This document shows, piece by piece, positions 22,741 to 35,330 of a DNA stretch of 64,000 nucleotides (the first letter of the stretch is position 1; each line of letters opens with the position of its first letter). This stretch comes from Sphyrna mokarran (lineage: Eukaryota), in the NCBI GenBank assembly GCA_024679065.1, contig JAGIQG010000005.1, positions 78,616,001 to 78,680,000 of the forward strand, written 5' to 3'. The translations under genes and the position numbers were made by a program. The notes beneath the pieces were generated by a model. That model was not told the origin of the DNA. It ran no database searches and worked only from the letters and a program-made list of their open reading frames with translations.

Positions 22741-24451
22741 ATAGGCTGAAGAGGCAATTTAGCCTGGCCTATACACCTAACTTGCACATTTTGGGATGCA
22801 GTGCAGTTTATTTCTCATCATTTGTACCACCAAGCACTTAAATATTTGTGAACTGAGGGTACTTTATGTTCCATATGGCTAATCATACATTATGGAATAT
22901 CCAACTTTTCAAAAAACTGTGATAACTAATAATATACATTATATCATGATATCAACTGTCCACAATGTTCAGGCTTTAGAAATTAAACAAAAATGAGGGA
23001 AAAAATTGGGATATATTATTAAATTATAGCAGCAGTGAACTCATTTAGTCTCAAAATGAATAAAGAAAATTCATAAAAAAGCATATCCCTGATTTATCTT
23101 TGCACTGCCAGATCATCTGTACTTTAAAATACTCACTTTCAGAGCAATATCACAATCCAATCATGAGGCTGTCAGGGACTCAGCAGTGTATTTGGTCAGG
23201 CTATTTTGTACACATTCGTGATCTAATGATAATTGCAGCATTATTTCACAGTAAATTCTGCCCAGCTATACAGCACATAGGTTAAAGTGCCAATAACATA
23301 AAATATTTAAAATAAATGATTAATTATCAAGTTCTTGCATCACCAATGGTGGAAATTCTAGTCACTGGAATAAATTTAACAATTAGAAATCAATTATCTC
23401 CAGCATTATAACTGAAATGGGAAAATTGCTTTGGCAAAAGAGATTCATTCAAAAAAATAATGCTGTGACCATGGATCAAATTGTAATTATTACTAATTTG
23501 TCTGAAAGATTTGCCCTCCAATCCTAACATTCAATCAAGCTGCAATTCTTAAATGACAATTGAGTGCACCTGTACATTCATGACCCATTATTGCTTGATT
23601 TATTGTAGATGCTATTCATTACAATCGTCAAACACTTATGCATCTATAACCTAGAATAACCACATCACAGATGGTTGTCAGTTGACAATATTAGACTGAG
23701 GCCTTTAAAGAAGACATACAAGATTTCTTATATATATAAACGGAGGTACTTACTGTCAAACTTGGACATGAAGCATAATGTGCAATGGCACAATTACAAC
23801 ATTCAAATTAGAAGATGTTTGCTGAGAAAATAGTGAATGTAAGGATTATGAGGGAATTCTCAGTCAGCTGATGTTTGGCTGGTAAAACATATCCAGGACT
23901 GAACAATTTTATACAGACATAGCAAGTTTGATAGAATAAGAAAAGGTTATTTGAACTAAGATTTTTGCATTCTTAGGACATGTTTATTTTGTGTTTTTTG
24001 TGTACGGCAGCTGGCAAGCAAGGTTGAAGACTCAGAAAAACATACAATGTTACCAGTTGAATACAAGATTAGCAAGTAAGGCTTCCAGCCAACTCTTCCT
24101 CTCTTCTTTTTCTGATGCTCCGAGTTGAATTCTTTCTAACAGTGTCATGTTGGATTAGCATCTTACATGTAATCCAGATATTTTCTACATAAGGGTCATT
24201 TCAATAAGTTTATATTCGCACAGTTTCTGTCCTTGACCATAAAGAAACTATTTTGGCAGCTGATCTGCATTCCTTCTGTTACTGATTCAACACAGTGCAT
24301 CTTTACCTGCATTACCAGTGGCAATTGTCCATATCTGTACCTTGTCTTTGGAAAGTTGGGAATACTATTTAATGTCAGAATGTTAGAGGTACCATGAGTG
24401 GAACGTACTCTCTGTAAGAGTCCGAGTCGTAGCTGCTCATTAAATTTTTTT

Positions 24452-24840
24452 TTATTCATTTGTGGGACATGGATGTGAGTGGCTGGTTAGAACTTATTGC
24501 CCTTTCCATGTTGCCCTTGAAATGAGTACTTGCTAGGCCATTTCAGACAGCAGCCGAGAGTCAACCACATTGTTGTGGCTTTGGAATCACATGTAGACCT
24601 GACTGGGGGGTAAGGATGACAGATTTCCCATCCTAATAGACATTAGTGAACCAAATGGGTTTTTACAACAATTAACAATATGTTCATGGTCATTAGTAGA
24701 TTCTTAATTTCAGATTTTTAAAATTGAATTCAAATTCCACCATCTGCCATGGCAGTATTTACCTTGAGTCCCCAGAACTTTAGTTGAATTTCTAAGTTAA
24801 TAGTCTAGCAATAGTACAACTAGAACATCGCCTCCCACTA
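24452..24840 (-). mobile_element. SINE sharing its 3' tail with the second CR1 family (other copies at 34650-34860 +, 38575-38880 -)
   Basis: ttttattcatttgtgggacatggatgt tail; the gacattagtgaaccaaatgggtttttacaacaat core recurs in the other copies. Confidence 0.6.
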
Positions 24841-24949
24841 ATGAAGACTATGTAGCTCTGGAAGTGGGCAATAATAAAAACCTGTAAATGGAAAAAATAT
24901 TTTGTACATTTTCCACCAAATACACACCAGCAACATTGGATACAAGCGG

Positions 24950-25760
24950 CAACTTGCATTTATGTATTTCCTTTAGCATGGCATCATGTCCCAATTACTT
25001 CATAAGAGATGTAAGGAAAAAAAAAGGGTTATTAGCAGGGGTGAGGTAACCAAAATCTACCTCTGATTTAAATGATGATTGTAAAAGAAGACTTGGAAAG
25101 ATTTAGGGATATAATTCCAGGGCTTAAAGTACAGGCGCCATGAGGCTGAAGCTCAGAAAGGTGAATGGGAGTGTGGATTCAGATAAAGAAAGAGCTTAGT
25201 GGGATAGTGTCATAAAATTGTAAAAGCTGGTATAGACATGGAGTAGCCAGACCATGAAAAGATTTAAACAAAGGGTAAAAATTTTGAGTTATAGGATTTG
25301 GAGAACCACAATCTAATTTAGATCAACAAGAATTGCATTAAGTATGGAACAGTGATGAACTGAATTTTGCAGAATGTGGAGAATTGCAACTATCCAGGAG
25401 AGGATTGGAGCCATTAAGTTGAGAAGTAACAAAGTCATAGTTGAGGCTTCCAGCTGAAGTTGGGTCTCATGGTTGTAGGTTGTACTAGGTTTGGCGTTGA
25501 TGCAGGAGAATTTAAAGGTGAAAGAAGAGAGAGTAACATGCTCAGTTCTATGGTTGGAGGGACATGGTGAGAGGTTTGCTTTGGCAGGAAGAGGAAGAGT
25601 AAAAACAGAAAAGGCAGGTGAACTAACACTCACTATTTTGATGACAAAGTCCATGAGCTGCTCATCATTTGTTAATGATTGAGTTGTTGGGGGCAGGACA
25701 AAGGAGCGCAAAGAAATCATCTGACAGAAGATCCCAAAGGAGTAGGCAGTTTTGGAAAGA
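24950..25760 (-). mobile_element. Decayed L2-like LINE fragment
   Basis: caacttgcatttatgtat...tgtcccaattacttc matches the L2/Deu-SINE-type 3' tail; the purine-rich plus strand is typical of antisense L2. Confidence 0.45.
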
Positions 25761-25978
25761 AGTGTGATGCTTGATAAAGCTTGAATTAGCTTAACTAAAG
25801 CATATGAAAACTGACTAAGTCAGTTGTGCAACAAAGATGTTCAAGTAGTCCAAAACTGTATAGACCAGTCGGTGTTGAAATTGATATGCACCATATTGCA
25901 CTATATTTCACAAATATTGAAGAGATTTGGCAGGATGTTTGTCAAAAGTTTTTTAGCTCCATAACATTGAAGACATAC

Positions 25979-26029
25979 CTCCATGTTTACATCAATAAAG
26001 CACAAGCTGTTGAAGAATTTCCTTGTAAC
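25979..26029 (-). other. Possible upstream exon, 51 nt
   Basis: Acceptor ctcaactgttttaag and donor GAG|gtatgt; linkage to the gene is unproven. Confidence 0.25.
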
Positions 26030-29000
26030 CTTAAAACAGTTGAGTTTGAACATCATGGAACTGCTGTAAATGTCTTGTTTAGCATGATAGGTAACAAATA
26101 AATCTAACAACCATACTTCAGTAAAGCAATCTTAGAGCTTGCTTTCAGACTGAAAATAAGATTTATAGATTTAAGAACAACAGAAGAAGAAAAATCATAA
26201 CAACTCAATATAATGATCTATAGATTAATCTACATCAGAGCATGATGGCAGAACATCAAAGTTGTTTTGCCAATGAAAAATTTAAGTTCTTGGCAAAATA
26301 ATCTTACTTAAGTATTTAGAATAGCTCTGATTACAGTTATATTCTTATTGGTTGGCTCTGTATAAAAAAAATCAATAATTCTAAACCAAATTGTCTTATT
26401 TCAGTTTTCAGACAAATAATACAGTACTATAGTAAACCAAATTCAGATTAATCAGGCAAATAGCATGTATTCAAGCCCTGCATAAAACAATAATATTGAC
26501 GAGGACCGTGTTGAAGAAATCATATACTTGAAAGTACTTTATTTCATGTCTAGAAGGTAGAATTTTCACTGAATTTATTTTAGCTTCTCCATATTAATCC
26601 AGTGAGCTAGAGTTGGAAGAATTCTTTGGGAGTTATTCTAACTTCCATTACCACTTTTAGGAACTTTTAATGCAGAAGTGTCAAGAAATGTTGGACATTG
26701 GTGGGCATATTCCAAGGGAATGTAAATGATAGGAACATTTCACTCAACATGTATCCTGCCATTTGTACCCCCCTCACATTGGGTCCTTGGTGTGCTATGT
26801 TCCTCCTATTTATTATTGCTATTTATTCAACTTAATAGCCTTTTTCAGCTATCCTAGAGACAACTGAACACTATGGCAGACTCAATTTTCTCAACTCCTC
26901 AAGTTTGGCGCCCTAAGATCAACACAGAGCATAGTTCACGGGTGAGTCACTGGGGCAGCTGGAATGTCCACTCAGTCATAGAGACACTGCGATTCCATTA
27001 AAGTTGCAAATCCTGCTCCATGTGTTCTAGAGTAATGGAAACAATCAATTAAAGAGGACAAAAATATAGCACTGTATATTAGTTCACAGACAGGGAGAGA
27101 TCAGAGTCTGTTCTGAGGTCAGCAAACCTGAAACTACAGGTTTCCCAAATCTCCTTAATTGCTTTTCTCTGAAGGTTTCCCAGATGCACCCAACCCGGCT
27201 GCCTGTTGGCTGGTGAATCCTGCAATGTAGGACTGCAGCTGAATTTGGCAAAAAGCAGATAGATCCAGTAGTGTATTGGATGGGTTTGGGATTAAGGAGA
27301 AATTATGCGTGTAGTGATAAATGGGGAAGCAGTTAACATTTTTAGTTTTTTAACATCCAACCTGAACTAAGGCTACCCATCTTTCAAAGAATGTTAAAAT
27401 CATCTTCTTTCTCTGCCCCATCCCCCTTCCCCAAATCATTAATTCTACTGCAAAACATAAAACAAAACCTAAATCATGCTGCATCACCCTTTAAAGCCTT
27501 CAAATGAAGGTCTGTGTTACAAGGCAGAAGAATAACATTAGGCACTCAAGCTTTTGGAAAATTAGGGACAATGCTTTGATTATTGAATATTAAAACAAAT
27601 TATAAAATTTACTCCTACAGAACTTTATATTTGGTTTGAAGTGCAGAAAAAGATTAATTTACTAAAGGATGTCCATGGTCTGATAAAGTAAAATCTACAG
27701 TACAAGTCTTCAAACATCTAATATACTGACATCAGCAGTCTGCAGCTTTTAATTTGTGAGTGCTACACCAGTTTGTAATTTATTCTGCAGGAGACAGCAA
27801 AGTGCAAATTTCCATTATAGTAGTGGGCTTTTAAAAAGCTCGATTTAGAATATCCTAAGGGATATTTAAATATTCTCTGTCACATATTCAATAAAAGCAA
27901 AGGGCTTAGAATGACTTTGAGCTTAGCTTTTAATCAAAAGTTTTTCATTAAACAAAGTGACATGTTGTATATTGTTTGAGTCCTCATGGCATGTAACTAT
28001 TATAAATGACATTTCATATTTCCATTTCACATTCCCCCTCCCCTCCCCAAATGTGGCATCATGTCTCCAAGTAGCATTACGCAGACAGCCGCGCTGTTCA
28101 CAGTCACATCAACAACTGTCATATCTCCCACAATTGGCCGACAGGAGCAGCAAGCCAAAATGGGCAATGTTATTTTATCATCTTGTTTCAAGTAAAATAC
28201 TCAATAAATGCTAAGTGCTTTGCTTAGAGACCTAGTTGAGAAATCAGAGACTCATGTTACCTGTGAAGTATTCTTGTGCAAATCTCCTTAACTAATTAAG
28301 AGCTGACTGCTCACGTATTGGCATGCTTTTCAATCAATCACAGAGTAACAAGTCACTGCCTTCTAGAACTAATTAATTGTTTAAAGTTATTTGAGATGTT
28401 ACAATGTGAAAAGTAAGATGCAAATCAAGATGTATGGGCTTAATCCTGAATTTAACTCTTTGTTAATGGGAGAATATTAAGATGGAAAAAAATAAAACAA
28501 ATATAGTACAGGACCAAAATTGTATCATTTATAGCTTGTCCTAATTACTCTGATTAATGCAGTAAAGTAAGTGGAAATATCCTATTTGTTGAAAACCATA
28601 AGGATGTTCCATGGGAATAAACTTGCAGTAATAAAATTAAGAATCATGATGCATTGCAATACCTGAGGATGTTGAAGATGCTAAAATAAAAAGAATGTAC
28701 GTTATTGAATAGTTATTTTTACAAGTATGATGTCTGGCACAATGACTTAATCTTGGAATCAAGAAATCACAGAATGGTACAACATCAAAGAGGCTATTCA
28801 GACAATTGAGCCCATGCCAATTCTTTGGTAGATCTATCCAACCAATTATTGAGTTGTGCAGTATGCAAATTTTGAAATTATGCTCTATATACCCAAATCC
28901 AGGTAATTATCATATATCAAAAAGAGCAGTGGTCCTAATACTGATCCTCCCCTTTGTTAGATTTTCTCCAGTTTGATAAAATAACTGTTCATCATGACTG

Positions 29001-29513
29001 TCTGCTTTGTCCTTTGGCCAATTGCCATTGTTCCTTTAATCCTTCCTATATCATTAGCTCCCAAAGGTACCCCATCCCTCCCCACCCCCTGCCTTAAAAC
29101 CTTCTGTAACGTTTCAGTACTGTCCTTTACTCTGGGACTGGGAAGCAACATGCTATACAGAATTGTCAGCAGGTGGAATATTGAATTTCCAATGTCCATT
29201 GTATTTCTAAATTTGCTGTGCAACTCTCCCATTCAGTCATCTACTCCATGATATCATGATTGCATTACCATGGGTCTCATTACCCTCAATAATAGGTGGG
29301 AATGAAAACCGATATAAGATACTCCCAGAGCCTCAGCCTATCCTACTGGAAGGTCAACCATAAACTCTGAGATGATCTCCTGGAACACTTCCTGGAAATT
29401 CTTAGCCCCCATATCTCCAACCACTCAGAAGCTTTGAAATCATTTTGGATATATAGTTTATTATGACTACAAAAAAAAGTAACATTATTCATCAAATCTA
29501 CATGTCGGGTAAT

Positions 29514-29833
29514 TCATAAAATTCCTACAGTACAGAAGGAGGCTATTCAGCTATCGAGTCTGCACAACCACAATCCCACCCAGATCCTATCCCCCTAACC
29601 CCACTTATTTACCCGACAAACCCTTTGATACAAGAGTCAATTTAGCATGGCCAATCAACCTAACCTGCATGTCTTTGGAATGTGGGAGGAAATTGGAGCA
29701 CCCAGAAGAAATGCATGCACACATGGGGAGAATGTGCAAACTCCGCACAGGCAATGACCCAAGCCGGGAATCGAACCCAGTCCCTGGTATAATCCCCAGT
29801 ACACTGCTAACCACTGTGCCACCACATCGCTCC
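29514..29833 (-). mobile_element. HE1-type tRNA-derived V-SINE, near full length
   Basis: Pol III A box tggcacagtggttagc, B box ggttcgattcc, V-domain gtttgcacattctcccc...aaagacatgcaggttaggttgattggccatgctaaattg, and a CR1-like tail. Confidence 0.9.
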
Positions 29834-32800
29834 TAAATGAAAACAAAACTGATGCACAACTAAATGTGATTTCACTATACTATCTAAGGGATCACTATCT
29901 AATTTTGATTAAGAGCAATTGTTGGTTATAACTTGATTCCATGTTGTGTCAAATCCAGAGCATTATAATTGCCTAGCCAGCTTATCCATCCAGTTTCGAG
30001 AGAGGAGGAATATTCAATTTGTCTTCATTGCAATGCGTGATTTTGCTCTCTTCAAGTCGTAATATCGCCATTTGGGCTAAAAGCATAGATGTGGATGCAA
30101 AATGTGATGGACGTAGGCCCAGAACAGGAATATTGGCCAATCAGTTATCCACTGTCCTGAAGACCAGAAGTGGCCACACATGAAATTTAGAACAGACCTT
30201 CAGCAAATTTTTGTGAAGCGTCAGCATCTAAAACATTGTCTTGCTTTATTATGTTATACTGTGAGCAGTCTCCGCACTTAGCAGAGATTATCAAAGCTAG
30301 AAAAATGAGAAAGATGCAGCTTTGATGTCTGCAGGAACATCTAAACAAATGTTGACCATAATTAAGCTGTCTTTCAAATTACCAGCAATTAAATTAGGAT
30401 TCAGTTTCCTTTAATAGCTTTTAATTTAAGTGTTCAGATAGAAAAAAAATCATCTGCATTAGGGTCTTCAAAGTTCATTTTTGTTCAAGCGATTTTAATA
30501 ATACTCACATTCTGCGGAAAATGTATTCATAAAGCCAGCTTTCAATTAGCTGGATTCTGCTGCTCTGAGGGATAAATGTCAAAAGGAAATAAGAGCCTCA
30601 ATCATCCCATGAGAGGTGCATTTGTGCCAGAATGCGGGGACAGAAATGAAGTATAATAAAAAAAATCAAGCTGGTTCAGTTCAATTTCTGGCACTCGGTA
30701 GAGATCATTATTAAACCCTCCAAGGTTAATGCATTGGTGTGTCAAAATTAAAGCCTCCAGGGAGGAATCATTGTTGGCAAAATTTACAGGAACTTTGATA
30801 TTCAGCCTTGGTGAGTGAAAAATATGCAGCATCCCTGACCTTGTCCTCTGCATAAAGTGAAGCTGACATGTAGTTTCATAAGAAATATTCCAAAATCACA
30901 CAAAATGCATAACAATTCTCTGTACTGCCTTGTCATAAGAAACCTGAAAAGGGACACCCAAGTAGGTTATTCAATTATTTTGTAAACAGGATGGGTAACA
31001 TCACAGCATTTTCTTTTGAGTATTTGATTGTACCTATGCTGTCAGAGAAAGGCTGAAGGTCCAATTCAGTGATCCTTGCAAAATGGATCCAGGTTCAGCA
31101 AGGTCATTTCTGCATGCATTTCACAAGCGCAAGGGATACAATGAATCAAAGGGGATGTGGAATCCTAAGCAACTGTTAGTTTGCTGCATCTTTTTAACAT
31201 TGCTCACTGTTTTGGCTTCATTAAAGAGCAGCTATGGAAACTCAGTAATGGTATAGATGTGACAGTTTTGATGTTCGTCACGTAGAAATGCAGCAAAGGT
31301 GCTTGGCTGTATTGGGGGCTGAGAAAAATCACCCTCAGCAACTGGTTAAAAATAAGAAAAATTAAAAATAAGGAAAATTATCTGGAGCTTTTTTAACTAA
31401 AATGGCCTCAGAACTATCAAGTACGTTACAAATGAAGACTCTTGAATCAGATAAATGACTACAAGATCGAATGATGCAGGTGACTGGGGGAAAGATATTG
31501 AGGGAGATAAAGAAGACAGTTTGTAAAAAAAAGGGAGTTTTCTTGTTCTTAAAAATATTTTCAACAGATGGCGGGACACAAATCTGACTGTCTTAGAAGC
31601 GTTCAAGGAATGGATATCCTTTAATTAGAATCTTCTGGCAGCAACACCAATAGTGTTGTTACAAGGAGAATTCCAGAATTTTGACCCAGCAACACTGAAG
31701 GAACAGCAATATAGACTAGAATTTCACTGGCTTGCTCCCACGGGAATCAGAGTGGGTGAAGGATGGAACATGGGAAGGTCTGTTAACCCAAGCAGGATTT
31801 TACAGCTTCGGGACAAGTGAGGCCATAAAATCTCAACCACAGTTTCAAATCACAAAGGTATGTGGCTTGGAGGGAAATTTGCTGCAACTCTTGTCTTTCT
31901 GGGTGGTAGAGTTCTTTGGTTTAAAAGGTGCTGTCAGAGGAGGCCTGGCAAGCTATTCACACTTGTGGCACAATTGATGTTTACTGCTTCTTTGTTGTTA
32001 ATCCATTTTCGAGCTACAAGTAAAGATTTTGGCTGGAAAATTGGCCTCTTAGTTTTGATGGTACAGGTACCATTCTAATACAAAATAGCTGCTGCATATT
32101 TTGGGCATATCCCACATCGAATGCCAGCTTGGTGTTAAGAGTGTATTTTTATGTTTGCTTAATACAAACTTATTAATCTCATACAGGACTGCTAAACTGA
32201 ATGTAGGTTAGGCTTATTTCAAGATGTAGTATATGATCGCTCAGCAAACAGATTTACTATAAAGATTCAACAGTTATTGTTAACAGGAAAATATATCTGC
32301 AATTTCTTTATACTGCATGCTGCTAGCTAAACTGACAGTTCCTCTGAACCATGTCCATTGATCAGATGATTTATATCCTATCTACTTTCATGTTAGTATT
32401 TTCAACCACTCTATTCTAGCTAATGCCTTATCTTAAACAAACACAGCTGAATACACCACCAGCAGCAGCAGAAAGCAGCCATCCCTAGCACCGATATATT
32501 TAAAAGGACCATTAACAATTTGCAGGTTAGTTGAAGACAGTTGACTCTGTTCAAGTTTGTGTAATTGTTTGATAGTTTACACAGTTAGTTAAAGTTGGTG
32601 AAGCTGACAATTGTGTTGGATTTGGAGAAAGTCTTGATTGTGGCATAGGTTCTGGATGGACGACTTGCTCCTTCCTGGTCATAGGTGTTGTGCCATGCCC
32701 CTTGGTCTACCACAAGATGGATTAGCTAGGAATGTAGTGTTATTCTTTGTAATTTCAGCTCTCTACTGCCAATGGCCTCAGTCATTGCCATGCCAATGAT

Positions 32801-33149
32801 GGCCACAACTGTGCACTCCATTGGAGTGAGCCTGGTTCCTATTGGTTGTCCACGGCTGTTGATGCCTCCCATTATGAGCCACCTGCAAGGAAGGCAGATG
32901 AAAGTTAATAAGTATAGAGCAGTGTGATTGGATAATATGGCAGTTGTTGTTAAATAACTGGCTGTGCTTGTAAACAATAGCATTTGAATGTGAAGCTCAG
33001 AAAATATTAATCATGTAAGTGTAAGAATATACATTTTAGATATGAGTTATGCTTGATAGAGATTGTCGGAAGATGGGTGAAGTAGGTGTGGTGAACGGAG
33101 AAGTATGTGAGGCTGACACTTCATTATAAGAATATGTTAAGTGAAGATA

Positions 33150-33400
33150 CATCCACTGGCCTTGATCACACTCATGTGAAGTCACTGAACCTGTTTGCAG
33201 CACTGCATTCAAGTTCTCAGACCAACACTGTGGTAGCTATTCCATGGCAGCTATCTGCTCCCCTTTCCTTTGTAGTGTCTGTATAGAGGATCTTGCGACC
33301 CTTGCACTCCCAAGGATAAAAAACATGCTTCTCTTATCCACCTCCAAAACCTAGGCCTTCAGTGCTGCACTGGAGAAACTTGGCCATATTGTCTGCTCTG
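33150..33400 (-). mobile_element. Degenerate Harbinger Myb-like ORF remnant (second copy)
   Basis: Minus-strand translation PSFSSAALKA*VLEVDKR ... RT*MQC, parallel to the 12.7-12.9 kb remnant. Confidence 0.45.
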
Positions 33401-33489
33401 TTACACCCTTTACACTCCTTTTTCTGCTCATAAATGCTTCTTTAATTCGTTCCACTGCCTGCTGCAGCCACATGCACTTCACATTTCAG

Positions 33490-33780
33490 AGGCACAGTCG
33501 TTAGCACTGCTGCTTCATGGTGCCAGGGTCCTGGGTTCAATTCTGACTTCAGGTGACTTTCTGTGTGGAGTTCACACATTCTCCCCATTTCTGCATGGGT
33601 TTCCTCTCACAGTCCAAGATGTGTGGGTTAGGTTGATTGGCCATGTTGAATTGCCCCTTGGTCAGGGAGATTAACAAGGTAAATACACAGCATTATGGGG
33701 TTTCGGCCTGAATGGAACTGTTGTCACTATAAGCTTGATGGGATGAAAGGCCTCCTTTTTCTCTCTAGGGATTCTAGGAG
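33490..33780 (+). mobile_element. HE1-type V-SINE
   Basis: ggcacagtcgttagcactgctgc...gggttcaattc...ggttaggttgattggccatg. Confidence 0.85.
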
Positions 33781-34859
33781 CCTAAGTTCAGGCTAATTTA
33801 AGAGACGTCTCAGGCTGAGACATGTAGCCACTCAACAGCACACTTTACTCTGAGCTGCAGACCACAGCAATGTAAATTAGTAGGCAGCATAAAATTTGCG
33901 TGAGGCCTGTGTGACTATATTTGAGTGTGAGTTAAATGCGCACCGTGATCCCTGCATGTTTTCCAACCTTATCCAATTTTACCCCTTTGATGTTAAACAA
34001 ACTGGAATATGTAAGGTTTGAAATGACGTCCATATGCAGATGACAGTTTATTGAATGAAATGACATGCTTTTCAATATTTCTTGGAATCAGCTAATGGAG
34101 GTCTAATTGGAACATTTTATGACAGTAAAATCAATAATCACTGAAATGTGTGTTTGCAATACAAAGAGGTAGACATGGAGGAACCCAGGAAGCTTCTTTT
34201 ATAGCAGCAGATGAATATATAATAATTAGCAAAAAGGATAGATGCAGAACTGTCCGCGTTTTAAAGAGCTAGCTAAATCTAACATTATAATTTTATGAGC
34301 ACTTATGAATGGATTATATTTTTGTTTTCTCTTGCCATATTGATGAACACAGTTAACTCTTGATCAATGTGGTTGAATCATGACCTGCATTGAAAATCAT
34401 TTATGCAGAATTATCTTGTTACCCATCGCAAGCAGCTTTATTTGACTCAAAGATTAGTGCTTTTCTCCCATTTAACGGTCCTGAAACATACTCTTCTAGC
34501 AATGTTGATGTGATTTTTGTGTTCAAAGACATTCAGTGTGATCAGAAAACAATCAGTGATCATTTAACATAATTTGATACCAAGAGGTCTAATATAGAAA
34601 GTGTCTTTCATGAAGTCATCAGTGCTCTTTGATATCAAAAAGGAGAGAAGCAATGGCCTAGTGATATTATTGCTAGACTATTAATCCAGAAACTCAGCTA
34701 ATATTCTGGGGATCCAGGCTAGAATCCCACTATATCTGGAATTAAGAATTTACTGATGATCATGAAACTATTGTCGATTGTTATAAAAACCCATCTGGTT
34801 CACTAATATCCTTTAAGGAAGGAAATCTGCAGTCCTTACCTCTCCAACCTCTCCCTACT

Positions 34860-35330
34860 GACTCAGTGAATGTCAGTGTGTGTGAAACCCCTTCCCCAGC
34901 AAGGGTGAATGGCTGGAATTTCACCATCCTGCCCACCACAGGAATTGGAGTGGGTGAGGGGCGGATCATGGGAAGAGCCATTAATCTCTGGGATTTTACA
35001 GTTTTGGATGAGCGAGGCCGTAATATCCCACCCAATGTATGTGAAACCCCTTCCCCAATGAGAGTCAGTGTACGTGAAGTCTGTTCCCCACTGAGATTCT
35101 GTATGTGTGAAACCCCTTCCCCAGTAAGTCAATGTATGTGAAACACATTCCCCACTGAGATTCCATGTATGTGAAATCTATTCCCGAGTGTGAGTCAGTG
35201 TGTATGAATCCCATTTCCCATTGAGAGTCATTGTATGTGAAATCTCAGTGAGAATCGATGTGTGTGGAACACAAATCCCAGTGTGTACCTGTGAGTATGA
35301 GACTCATATCTCAGTGAGGGTCAGTTTGTG
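34860..35330 (+). repeat. Degenerate ~34-bp minisatellite (gtatgtgaaaccccttccccagtgagagtcagt-like), about 10 units, interrupted by a MITE
   Basis: Recurring tgtgaaacccc/ttcccca/tgagagtca units. Confidence 0.8.
34911..35033. mobile_element. 123-bp MITE with imperfect TIRs and a 3-bp AAT target-site duplication (related copies at ~31715-31840, ~59967-60093, ~63392-63519)
   Basis: ggctggaattt...atatcccaccc is flanked by aat on both sides; removing it restores a minisatellite unit. Confidence 0.75.

Noticed and set aside
29514-29833. tRNA-like A and B boxes
   Set aside because: Part of the tRNA-derived head of an HE1-type SINE, not a functional tRNA gene.
34860-35330. Regularly spaced ~34-bp repeats suggestive of a CRISPR array
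   Set aside because: The units are head-to-tail and degenerate, with no unique spacers and no cas genes; the DNA is eukaryotic.
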